The translations under genes and the position numbers were made by a program. Below the pieces are notes generated by a model. The model had not been told where the DNA came from. It saw nothing but the letters and a program-made list of their open reading frames with translations, and made no database searches. Below, piece by piece: positions 24,001 to 36,400 of a DNA stretch of 64,000 nt. Positions within the stretch are counted from its first letter, which is position 1. Each line of letters opens with the position of its first letter. This DNA is from Flectonema sp. DT1601 (Eukaryota), in assembly GCA_964019425.1 (NCBI GenBank), contig OZ025800.1:62001-126000 (forward strand), read 5' to 3'.

Positions 24001-27000
24001 GCAAAATAGGGAAAAAAAAACAGCGACACTTAGGGTTTTTGTGATTATCTCTCGACCCTCTTTATAAGGGTAATGAAAGAGTGTACTGATATGAAAAGGG
24101 TATACTGTATTACTTTATTAAGTTAGTTTGTTCCACCATTTTAAAATAGTTTTTTTTTTCTTCTTTTTTTTTTTTTTTGTTTTTTAATAATTAATATCGT
24201 ATGATCACTCGATTGTTTTATTAGTTCAGAATCGTGAGTAGTTGTTTTTTTTTGAGGGGAATAACAACAACACAACCAAAATACAGAAATTAGTAAAAGG
24301 GTTAAAATCAAACAAAAAAAAGGCTGTGACGAAAGGAAAGCGAAGTGAAGTATATTTTCTTTTACGTGACAGATTTCCCATCAATCACCGTTGTGTAGTA
24401 GTTGATTTTATAAGGTACACTTGTTAGGTTTTTCAAATTATTTGAAACATAAAATACGTAACAAAGAATAGAAATAATTTTCCCAACAAAGACAGAAGAC
24501 GTTGACGAGTTCTTTTATTTCAGACTTTATAGTTTCGGCCATAATAAAGTACACTCATTTTCATTTCATTCTATCAAGAATACAGCAAGGGATCTGTTTT
24601 CTAGTTGGATATGAAATGAGAAGTGTTTACGTCAGATGATATGGGTATTAAGATTATTATTTTTTTTTTTTTAAAAAACTTTATTTTTTTTCTTCCATTA
24701 TAAAAAGTAAAATTTAAATCAAACATACTCAATAGAGAACTTGACGCTAATTCCATAAAAGAATCTAAAACAGTAAAGTAAACATCTCACATAATAAACA
24801 AATCAACATGAGTTCATGTATCACTACACTATCATGTGTTGTGAAGTTCTTGTGACTCAAAGTCGAATGGTTGCTTTGCAGTTGAACCCACCAACAGGAA
24901 ATTGTCATCTTCACGTAAATCTTATTAAGAAGATAAAAAAAAAATTAAAAAAAAAGAAACTCCCGTTTCATTTAACACCAGAATATGTAGCGAGTAACCA
25001 ACCAGTCGGTTACGTGGCTCTCACTCAAGAAAATAAGAAAAACGATATTATGGATAACATAGTAATATATCTTTCCTTTTGTAATCCTTTTAATGACCAC
25101 ATATTAAAAACAAATTATCAAAAAAAAAAAAAAAAAAATTATTTTTATTTTTTATATTTTATATTTTTTTTTTCAAAGTCCCAAAGAGAGTTACAATAAA
25201 CTACTAACCCAATAACAACAACTTATAAATACAAACAAAAATAAATAAATAAAAAAAAAAATCTCGACGGCGACCGATAGCGACGTGATGTGTGATTGCA
25301 ATACCGCAAGTAAATCACAAAAAGAAAAAAGAAAAGAGGAGAGAAGGACTAAAAAAATAAAAAGAAATTAACGGGAATATATAATCATTACAAAGAAATT
25401 ATATTGGAATGAACAAATAAAAATCCGCAGTCAGTCACTCTTTGTCTTTGTAAACTGTCTGCCCATCACAGCACAAGTTGTATTTTAGATATACATATGC
25501 AAAGGAAGATTTTACGAAGATAAGTAAAGACTGATGGTTCTCATCGACACAGGTTTTTTCTTTTTAGTTACACAGCTTCTTGAGAGAAACAAAAATAAAA
25601 CAACAATAAAAAAGAAATCTTCCAACTCACGCAATAAGCAGAACAGGTTTGTTTTGTGACCTATTCTATAACATAAAAAAAAAATTAAAAAAATGATGAG
25701 CGTGAACACTGATGAAATAATTCAACAGAATACCCAACAGCTAGGAAATTAAGGAACCAAAAGAATCAGCACATTGGAACAGGTGATATAAGGGATTACA
25801 ATTATTTATTTTAAAGCAAAATAGGAAAAGAAAGCCACAGCGAATGAACAGGAATGTTGCACAACAAAAACAAAAGAAACACTCATCTGGGATGTATGTT
25901 TTTGACGGAATAGCAATTTGGAATCAAAGAATTCCTCCATCAGGAGAGTTCATTACGGTAAATTACTTTCTTTTTCTTTTTTCTTTTTTTCTGAATCACA
26001 CACCAAACATCTCCCACAGCAGCGAGAGCAACATGAGATGTCCTACAACAATCACTTCAGAGAGAGGGATAAGGTTAAAAGGTACAACAGCAGCCATAGG
26101 CTCAGCGTACCAAAATGTTAGTAAGAACCGATGTATAAAAAGTTATTTTATTTTTTTTAATTTTTTTTTTTGAAAAATTTTCTTTTAGGTTTCATTCAAT
26201 ATGAATCAATCGTTAAGAAGAGACCACACTCAACTCACATATATTCGATCGCAATTTGTCTCTTTTGATGAGACTAAATAACTAAAGAAAATAATTTTGT
26301 TAGAAAGGGGAGAGTAGCAGAAATAAACTACGCTAATTACTTAGTGAAAGTAGCCAGCAAAGATAAAAGCAAACACACAACGAATCAATACTAAAATAAT
26401 AATTATTCAATTCTGTGGCGGCTGATGCAGATCTGTAAAAGAATTTCTCATAATGTCAACCTCGTTTCCCAAAAAACTCCATTTCTGTTTCTCAAAGCTT
26501 CTCTGCTAAATTGGTCGTAAGTTGCAGTTGTGTTTCCACACCGCTCTATATGACCTCTTTGTGGTGAAAAGTCACCTTGCTAAACACGTAATTGCTGGAT
26601 GACTCATATCGTGTTCAACGAGCTTACGAATCAAATGGAGGGGGGTTGAGGTACTAACTCACTCAAAATTCCTCTTTATTTCCCATGAGAAAAAGATACA
26701 CATTTAAAAAAAAAAAATCAACGCATCTTTTCACCAACAAAATTTCAACAAAAAATCTCTCAAAATGATACAAATAATAACATAATAATTGTACAACTTC
26801 AGTTGCCAGTTAAACGGCAGGGAATCAATCAAATAGCGACGTCAGTTTGATATTTTTTCTTTATTTTAAATATTGGGTTTGTTAATGTGCATTTTATGTT
26901 GTAGTTTTTTTTTTTTTTTTTTTTTTTTTTTTGATTAAATTAATTTAATTAACTCCAATCAAAGAAAAGACAAACTACGGCAGCAGTCGATCCCAAAACG

Positions 27001-27585
27001 GAATTTTCTACAAAAACTGAAGAAGTAAAAATAAAAATAAAAATAAAAAAAACACCAGCTGTTATTTGTTTTTAGTTATTTATTTGTTTTTGACAAATCT
27101 TAACACTTATATATCTTGTAAGCTTACGGCACAACCCTCAGGTGTGAAGGAAGGAGGTTAACCACTATCGTACTTGAGAATAAGTGAAAATTTAAAAAAA
27201 AAAAAAAAAAAAAATACAAGTTAAAAACAGAAAATAAATAAGAGAAGGGAAGAAGAAAAAAAAAAAGGTAATGCAACTACTGTCACTTTGACGAATCGTA
27301 TTTACCAATAAGCGAGTAAAAGGGAGGAGGGCGAAGGATAAAAGGGTGCGAAATGAAAACTTTTTTTCGACTCATCTTTTTTTTTTTTTTTCCTTTTGCG
27401 AACCTACCTTTGGATAGTGTCTTTATCAAAGAAAAAAAGAAATTTATCGTAAAAAAAAAACTAAATAGTCTTTTCCGTAAATATGACAATTGCACACGCT
27501 GCTCTACGAAGTTCAGTGGCACGTCTTTGGGTTTTAAATAGATCGCACAATTAAAGTATCAGACGAAGTTGAATGAAGTCATCCC

Positions 27586-30162
27586 CTAGTGATATAGTAT
27601 TTGAATTGGTTGATATTGTTGACGAGTACTAATCCATTTTACTATTCGATCTCTAAGTAGATCCGGGTCAGTTAGTTTATTAGAAACGATAGCTGAGAGC
27701 TGTTCAGTTGCAACATCCCAGTGTGGGAATGGCTTAGCAGTGATTGCTTCAAATGCAACGTTCCAGGGAGTCCAAGGATCCTTTTTATTCGATTCTTCAA
27801 TTTGATACATCCATTCCGCATCTTGTGCTTGTTTTGGACCAGCGAGTTCATAAACAACAAGTGCATCATTTGATATCTTTGGGAATAGAATCATATCTAA
27901 ACCCCGAGTACTGTACGAGTCACCAACTTCTTTAACCATCTTCTGGTTCACCACCGTCCTCGCTCCAACTGACTTTGCGTAACGTTCAAGAGCATACGCT
28001 AGAGTGACAACAGGACCAAACATTGAGAACTTTTTCATACCTTCACAACCAAAGTTACCACAAGTAACGTAACCTAAACAAGCTGAAGACGTGACTTGAA
28101 TACAAGACTCAGTAAGGTTTGTATTTATAGCTGAGATACAACGACATGCAGACAGAGGATGTGTAGCAGTCGGTCTGATCGCGTTAAAAGAACAAAGAAC
28201 TCTATCACCACTGAAGGTATCAGGGGTACCATTATTTGTGGTGAATATCTTTAACATCTTTTGTAAAGTAGATGAGAAACTATCAACCATGTCACCATCA
28301 TTATCAAACCTGTTGTGCCAACCAACGAAGTTTGTGATTAGAACTGAGACTCGTCGTTTTTTAACAGAATGTTCCTTAAGTAGTTGTTCAGGACCAGGAC
28401 TTTGTAATGTTGCGTGACTTCCTGTGAATGCTGACGCTGTTGGAGTAGTCAACGAGTTTCTATCAGAACCTTCTTTTGAGAACTCAACGGTACTGTTTCC
28501 ATCACTTTCCATGTTAATTTGATCTAACATAGATTGAGGTAAATAATTTCTATATTCTGATAGCGAATCGTGCATTTTTAAAAACGCCTGTTGCATTTTA
28601 CTCACCTCAGTAAACACACTCATACCAGTAGACTCACGAGTGATTCCGTCAAGATTCATATTCCCAACTTCAATCATTTGATCAGCGAGGTTAGTCAAAG
28701 GGACGATCAGCCTAACGGAAAAGTAAACCGACACCAAGAGCATTACAATAGTTACTACAATAATTATTATTAAGAGAAGTCGTCTATCATTTTCCCTAAC
28801 AGATGCTGTTTTATCATTGTCTCGTTTGATTTCCTTCTGAACGAGAGCAGTACCTGCATCAATCGTTCCCATGACTACTGATCTCGGGATTATTAAAACT
28901 ATTGTTAAGTGAACTGGAGATCCTGTTTTAGCTGTTTCATCTTGAACGACTCCACCTCGTATCCAATACTGAGAATTGTTGTAAGTCCACGTCACTAGAT
29001 TGCTGGTTGAGTTAGAAGCATTTAAAAATATCTGAGAAGTCATGTTCTGTTCCATGCTATAAGAAATGTGATTTCTAATAATATTATCAGTAATTGATGT
29101 CGTGTTGTCAGGTACAGTAATTAATCTCCTTTCTGATCCGTCGTATTCAATTGAATGAGCTCCGTGTGAGACTCCAATTAAAACATTCTCTGATCCAGTC
29201 CACGGATTCCTCTGCATAGCATAGCTTCGAGTACCTTTTATAAAGGTACTTTCTATAAGAATCTTTGAGATAATTGAAGCATCAAGACCACATAATACTA
29301 AATTAAGACCAGGATTACCAACAAAAGGAAGACTTGGGTCTTTTTTTGTATAAGCAAAGGCTGTTAGGGATAGAAGTCTTCCCTTGGCTTCGACAGGTGA
29401 CCAGCCAACTTCATTATTTTTTATATAATTCTCAGCAGGTAAAAACGCTGCTAGACCACCACCTATACTACCAGACCAGGGGCAGTGCCCCGTGTGGTGG
29501 CGTCCATCTGTTAAAGTAGGTGCAGTTAAATTACAAGGGAGTCCCGTGTCGACAACTTGACCAAGTTTATCTGTTGATCCCATCACGATTGGGAGATCTA
29601 CTGAACCCCGAGCTCGAAGTATTTTTAATAAAGGAGCATCGAATTGTAATCCCATCAGTTGATGATGTTCCTCAACACTCCTTCCGATAGTATCTGGATA
29701 ATCAAATTGAATACGATAGGTACCTTCTCCATTAATACCACCGTAAGTATTAAACACAGTTAGTTCTGTAACACCATAAGCAAGGTTAACACCAAGTGTT
29801 TGTCTCATTAATATCGGTGCTGCTGTTGACATGTACTCTCTGTCGCTGGAGTTTCCTTGACCAATTCCATTAGCGTTTAATACATTTAATATTGTTCTTA
29901 CAGTTGCTTTTGGAGCTTGAAGTGCATTCCCAACTTTTGCTAACACTCCGTCCATCGTACTCGTTAGCAGTTCTTTAATTAGTAGTTCACTGTTTTCTGT
30001 TCCAAGTTCAAAACTTTTATTCAAACCATTATTACAGGTAGTTTCAGTCCTGGTTACAGCATTATTAGCAGCCTCTGTTGACAACGCGGTGTTGATTGCT
30101 CCCGTGAGAAGGATTCCAGCAGCGCATAGCGAGATGAACGCAACAGATAGTTTTACGGACAT
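27586..30162 (-). CDS. Receptor-type protein: TM, large ectodomain, TM, HAMP, degenerate class III nucleotide cyclase domain
   Basis: Two hydrophobic helices flank ~430 aa. HAMP-like IVPLTNLADQM...EVSKMQQAFLKM is followed by YRNYLPQS and cyclase-fold motifs VSVLITNFVG, FSGDRVLCSFN and CGNFG...FGPVV. ATG at 30162 follows a pyrimidine-rich AG (30169-30170); the ORF track starts at a TTG at 30207. Confidence 0.8.
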   Translation of the reverse strand: MSVKLSVAFISLCAAGILLTGAINTALSTEAANNAVTRTETTCNNGLNKSFELGTENSELLIKELLTSTMDGVLAKVGNALQAPKATVRTILNVLNANGIGQGNSSDREYMSTAAPILMRQTLGVNLAYGVTELTVFNTYGGINGEGTYRIQFDYPDTIGRSVEEHHQLMGLQFDAPLLKILRARGSVDLPIVMGSTDKLGQVVDTGLPCNLTAPTLTDGRHHTGHCPWSGSIGGGLAAFLPAENYIKNNEVGWSPVEAKGRLLSLTAFAYTKKDPSLPFVGNPGLNLVLCGLDASIISKILIESTFIKGTRSYAMQRNPWTGSENVLIGVSHGAHSIEYDGSERRLITVPDNTTSITDNIIRNHISYSMEQNMTSQIFLNASNSTSNLVTWTYNNSQYWIRGGVVQDETAKTGSPVHLTIVLIIPRSVVMGTIDAGTALVQKEIKRDNDKTASVRENDRRLLLIIIIVVTIVMLLVSVYFSVRLIVPLTNLADQMIEVGNMNLDGITRESTGMSVFTEVSKMQQAFLKMHDSLSEYRNYLPQSMLDQINMESDGNSTVEFSKEGSDRNSLTTPTASAFTGSHATLQSPGPEQLLKEHSVKKRRVSVLITNFVGWHNRFDNDGDMVDSFSSTLQKMLKIFTTNNGTPDTFSGDRVLCSFNAIRPTATHPLSACRCISAINTNLTESCIQVTSSACLGYVTCGNFGCEGMKKFSMFGPVVTLAYALERYAKSVGARTVVNQKMVKEVGDSYSTRGLDMILFPKISNDALVVYELAGPKQAQDAEWMYQIEESNKKDPWTPWNVAFEAITAKPFPHWDVATEQLSAIVSNKLTDPDLLRDRIVKWISTRQQYQPIQILYH

Positions 30163-30455
30163 CTCTGACTGAAGGGAGAATGATAGTTTGATAATACTAC
30201 GAAACAATAATAAACTTTATAATATTCAACATAAGGTCCAGAACCGTTGTCGAATCTGGCAATGCGGTCCCGTAAGCAAAGCAACTAATGTCATTGCGTT
30301 GTTTATAACTCTCATCCTGTAGAATGTGAATGCGAATGACTACAAACATTAACAAACCATAAATCAAAAGTAAAAAAAAAGTAAGAAGGTAATGAGAGAT
30401 GGTATCATTCAAAAGATAAGATGAGAGATGAGCGTCCTCTCAAAGAGACGACTAA

Positions 30456-33400
30456 TTAGAATTCAGACTGCACCACCTCACTAATTCCATTAGGAGATTG
30501 ATAAACACCAATTAATTGATTAGCTCTGTCGTAAAACTGATGTCTTAATGAGATGCAGAGCATTTGAATACCAGACTCTGATAGAAGACATCCTAATCGA
30601 CGAGCCTTCTCAGCGTCTAGAGCCGCATCAATTTCATCAAAAAGATAAAAAGGAGATGGAAATGATTGCTGCAATGCGATAGAAATAGAAGTAGCAGAAA
30701 GTGATCTCTGACCACCACTCAGCTTAGTTGGAGGAAGCCATTCAGAATGTCCTGGTGGACGAACTTTTACTCCAACTCCGCGAACAAACAAAACAGCTCC
30801 TTCCGTTGAATATGTTAGGACACAATCGCTGGATTCTGTTGTTAGTTTTTTATAAAGACTGCTGACACATTTATTGATATCAATCATCTTGTTTTGAATT
30901 ACACACAATCGAACTGACTGTGTCTCTTCTAACTTTAGTTGACATGTATTATAATTCTCAGTTAGGGTATTCAATTCATGAGAGATGTCATCACGTTCAG
31001 CTACTGCTACTAAAAATGATTCTATTTTTGAAGTGTCAATTAGGGCCGCGTTGGCTGTCAGCGATGTTCTCTTCGCATCAAGTAACTGCCTCTCATATGC
31101 GATGCTACTTTTCCACTCTTCCGTTGAGGAATAACTACCAGCGCAGTGTGATAAGTATTCTTCTTTATTGAAGACGACGTCTCTTCGATTGCAAATTTCA
31201 TTTTTTCGTAGATCTTTCTGAAGCCGTTTTCGCTGCTTCTCAGTTTCTGAGATTTCTCCGCGAGCTTCGGAAATGTCCGCCTCCATCGCAATCAGTTCCT
31301 TTTCCATTTTCCCGATGTCTCGTTCCATAATAGATTCTCTACTCTTTGTTGATATTGCTTCTTTTTTCAACTCATCAGATTTCGACCGCAGCTGTGCTAA
31401 AGTCTTTTTGTGCTCCTTCATTCCTCGTTCAACTTTACAAAGTTGTGGAGTGGTTGTAGACATAATTGGTCTTTTCATTAGTAATAGTTTTTGTCGTTTC
31501 TGTTGTAGGAGAGCTTCGTGTTTGTTAACCGTCTTCTGTAAGACTGATATGTCTACGAGAATAGCTGCAGTTGATGAACAGGATGAGAGAATCTCCTTCA
31601 GCTTATTATGATCACAGTCGTCATCGAGAGACAGAGAGATCTTTTTAGTTTGAATGACTTCTTTGAGAAGTTCTAAGGATTTCATATTCTCTAATTGACA
31701 TCTCTGCTGACGTTGAATAGTTTCGTGAATACTTTTAACAACTCTTCTGACTTCTAATTGTTGTTGTTCAGTTGAGTTCTTCTCTTCTTGAAGTACAGTA
31801 CGCTCTTCACGCTGTGCTTGTAATGTAGTTTTTGTTTCTGAAACCTTTTGTTTTAGTTTTTCATACTCACCATCAACTACCACAGAGGATGTTATCACAG
31901 ATTCGGATCCAATAACCTGAAGTGAGCATTCTGCTGTGATCCTCGATACAGAATCACCTCCCGTGTAGACTCCCTTCCGTTGAATCAGATCTCCTGAACG
32001 TGTCACGACGGAGATTCTATATGGAGTACTAACAATGAGATCGTGTCCTGTTTGTAAATCCTCAGCAATAATAACATTTTGTAGCCTCGCCTGAACATAT
32101 GACAGTACAGACAACGAGTAGTTAGGATTAAGAGCAATTGGTGTATTTGGTTTTGAAGGAGACAAGAAGATAAAGCAAGCAGCCGATTCTAGGACCAACT
32201 TCTGTGGAGCGAGTTTTGAAAACTCTGGAGAAGTATGAGGAGGAAGAACAATAGAAGTTATGATACCAATTCGATTATTACGAAAGGATTCCACTACCAG
32301 GTCTGCAGCTTCAGTATTCTTAACGAAAACAGTGTTGGCAATCCACCCAACTGATGAGCTGTTTACAGCGAGAGCATATCGCGCATCAACCTGAAGCCAT
32401 TGGTATGCAAATCCCAGGATGTTATTATTCTTATTCATCAGATGATAAATAGTATCTCGATATCTCACTGCTACTCGAGAACTACAAACTGATATCTTCT
32501 CCGACTGATGATGTAATTGAGTTGTGAACTCCTTCAACTTGGTTTGTGTTTCAGAAAGTACTCGGCTAGCGTTACAAACTCTTTCAGTACAAGAAAGCAA
32601 CCTCGAGTTCAGGTCAGTCAACTTCTGATTTTCTGAAGCTGACTCAGAGTGAAGTTGTTGTAATTCGATTTCCCGTTTTGACTGCAGCTGTTCAGAAGTC
32701 TCGACCTCCTTCTGAAGGATGAGTAACTCTGAAGCTTCCTTTAGGTTAATCGCTGTATCAATATCGTTATCAACTTCAGACTTCTTGTGATAAGCTGCTG
32801 AGCGGTCAGCTAATTCTCTTCTGGTGTCCATCAGCTCTCGTTCAACGATTCGAATTTCATCTCTGCGGGTGTCGATGTTGCTCAATAATCTTTTAGCAGT
32901 TCGCTCTTCTCTTTGCAGCTGTGCAATGCAATCAGTCTTTTCAGTATAGCTCTCTTCTTCAATGGTGATATTGTCGTTTAAAGACTTTAGTTGTTTTGTA
33001 AGTGAGGAGAGTGATTCTCGAATGTTTCTTTTTTCAGAGTAGAGATGGTCTTTTTCTACAATCAGATCTTTGTGATGACGAGACAGTTTACAAAGACGTT
33101 GCTGACGTGTTGTATGAATGCTATCAAGACACAGTTGAGCCTTTAGTATCCAAACAACTTCTGCGTCTGAGTAGTCAGAAAACTGTTCATTGACTGCCTT
33201 CCACTTTGCGATCATCGGAGATGTTAATTTCTGTTCAGCAGATAATGATGACAATCTTAATGTTAACGATTCCTTTTGTTGTTGAATTCTATTTAGTTCT
33301 TCAGATATTTGATTACATTGTTTCTCAAGCAGATGAGTTCCACACAATCTCTCAATGTGTTCTAAAAACGATAATGGATTAAGTTGCAATAGAGACGTCG

Positions 33401-36400
33401 TGTGTTGTTGTAATATAACAAACCTCTGAGGGAACTCAATATCAACACCGAGAACTTTTAATTGTGATCTGACTGTGGTCGCGTCAGAAGGTTTGTTGTT
33501 GAGATAATAAATATTATTTCCTGTTTTAAACACTCGGCGTTTAACAAAAACAGAATCCCCTCCAACAGTAAAGTGAACAGTTACTGAAGCATCTGTATTA
33601 CCATTCTTCGATATTAGATCTGAAAGACGCTTACATCGTAAGAGTTCACTTGGTAGTCCTAATACAAAACAAACCGCGTCTATTAAATTAGACTTTCCAG
33701 ATCCGTTCATTCCGACAATGCAGTTGAATCCTTTTGATATTTGAATAGTTGTTTTTGATGCGAAACTCTTAAACCCATCGAGTGATACCTCCACCAGTGA
33801 TACATTAGATTGGTCTATGTTCTTATTATACTCAGCAAGGTTATGAATTGTTTGCTTAACTTCTGAACTTACTTTGAGAGGAGTCAGTCCCATCTGAGAC
33901 TTCGTCTGATCAATATCTTCAATACATTTCAGTGGTGTTGTTATTCTCTCGTCTGCTGAGATAGTTATCTTTGAGTTGCATTCCCACGGCTGTCGCACCT
34001 CCTCAGACGATAAAAGCTCAGTCTCTTTTCCATGCTGCTCTATTCCCGCATGCTCTGAAGGGAAATCCTTCTCAACCCACGGCTGCTTGACTAAAGAGTC
34101 AGATAATGATTTCAGTTGTTCTTCATCACAAGGAAGGTCTTCGTGTGGAGATGATTTCAGTTGGACTTGGGGATTGATACTGACATTAATATCATTGTGG
34201 TCTTGCCAAGGCTGCTGTACAGGGGACTCATCGAGCTTTGTCTTTTTTCGACAGATTTCTTCCTCCTTTATTGATAAGCGTTCTGACTTTCCAGACTTTC
34301 TAAATGGTCTGACTTCAAGTCTTCGCCCTTTCCTGTTTGACGATGTGGTTACATTGTTAGTGGCTGAGGGTTTGGCTGATGTTGGTATTTCGCTGGTGTC
34401 TCTGCGCACATTCTCGTGAGAATGTACTTTCCCTCTTGCTCGGAACTTTGCTTTCGAATTCTTTCGCGGTAAGACGACAGTCTCAATATCACTGTTGGTG
34501 TCCATCTGCTCACGTTTTACTTTACACTTGATCGATGGACTCTTTTTGAACATTATTGATTCATTATCACTACTGCTACTACCAGCGCAGGTAATCACTT
34601 TACGCCTTGTGTTGGGTTTTGAAAGTTTCTTATCTTTTTTGTGAACTTTCTCCCCGGACCTGATTTTATTTAGAGACTGCCTCGCTTGATTAGAAACTCC
34701 AGAGAGATGTTTCGACTGTTTATTCTCCTGAGCACCTTGAGAGTCTTTGAGCTCTTTGTGGAGGACTACTTTCTGACGAGTGACTTTGCCAGACGTTGGG
34801 CTCTCTGACTCATCGTCAGGAAACCGAACTTTCTTCTTCGATGCACTCGACCGGTACTTTGGAGAACCGCTTCCCTTTCCCGCAGTTGGCAGCAGAATAG
34901 ACGCAATCTTCTTAGGTGTCGTTACATTACAAGGTGAGCATCCCTCTCTCTCCTCGTCTCGAATTAGATTGTCGTTGTGAGTTTTAATAATTGCTGCAGG
35001 CTGAATAATTTGCACTGGCTTTTTAGCAGCACTGCCTCCGTCCTTTGGGTGCTTTTCAAAAACTGCTTTTGCATCACTCTCGACACTGAAAGGCACTGAA
35101 CTCTCATTTAGTGTCTCTGCTTGTTGAGTAACAGCAGCAGGCTGAAGAACCTGCACAGGCTTCATAGAAACCTTCGTTGTAATTGTGTCACACAACTTGT
35201 CCGGAGCTGCAGGCTGAGGAACTTGCGCTGGTGTCTTCGCAGCAGACCCCTGTAGAGCTGCTGGTTGGAGGATTTGTGGTTTCTTAGGCGTTTTCTTATT
35301 TACATTCGGCAGATCACTTGGTAAGTCTACATTGTCATGGACAGTATTAGTAATTTGAGTATCTTTGGGTTCGCTTAAAGTGTTGAGGGCTGAAGGCTGT
35401 AGAATTAGACGAGTTTTTCTGGGTGTTGTTCGTTTCATCTGTTCCTCCCTGACCTGAGAAGTGTCTTCAGCTGTGAGAGGAATTGATTGATTAGTTTTAA
35501 TACTCGCAGAAGGCGGAGGTACTATTTGATGCTCACAGAATGATTGCACTCCGAGGGAGGGCTGCAATAGTTTCCTAACCTTCTTAGATTTCTCTGTGGA
35601 TACACTCTCAATTGGGTTAACAGGAGAAGATAACTGTTCGATGGGTTGAGCAACATCACCGCCTTCTTTACCTTCCGATTGAATAGAGTGATTGATAATA
35701 ACAGAAGACAAGCTATTCACTTTCTGCTTATCTCCGTATGACTCCGATCCGAGATCTAGTCCTTCCTGTGTAGACATCACTGAGCCTTCTGTTGCAATAA
35801 TTGTATCCTGCGGCTCTATTTTGATTACCTGAGGAGTCACATCTTCACTAAAAACAATACTTCGATACGAACTCTGAAGAGGAAGGTGTGGCGGGACAAT
35901 AACAATATCTCCGTCCGGTTCCGGAGATGTACTCGCAGCTGCTCCGCTTGCTGAGGAAGAAGTGCAGCTAACGTCCCGCAGCAGCTGTTCTCGTAGCCTT
36001 CCAAAAGCTGTCGATGAGGACTCTGGAGTGCTTCCATTTGTCAGTGCAGGTGCAGGAGATGTAGTTGACGGAGGTGTTACAGAAGAAGTTGTGCTGACAT
36101 CTCTGAGAAGCTCCTGTCGGAGGATCATAAAATCATCCATCCTCCTACTCTCTTCGATTGCCGCTCGACTGGTTGGAGACGCACTTAGTTCGTTACCACA
36201 ATTACTACCTCCCTTAATTGGTTTCATCCACTGACGAGGAGGCTTGTGAGGACTTCTCCCGTCAGTCATATCGGAACTCATAAAACTTACATCATTTTGT
36301 CGAACAGTGCCACTCGCAGGAGTAGTGTCTGCTCCAGTTGTAGTAACAGAAGTTGTTTGAGGAGATTGTTGTGAGTCATGTTTTGATTGCTCAGAGTGTT

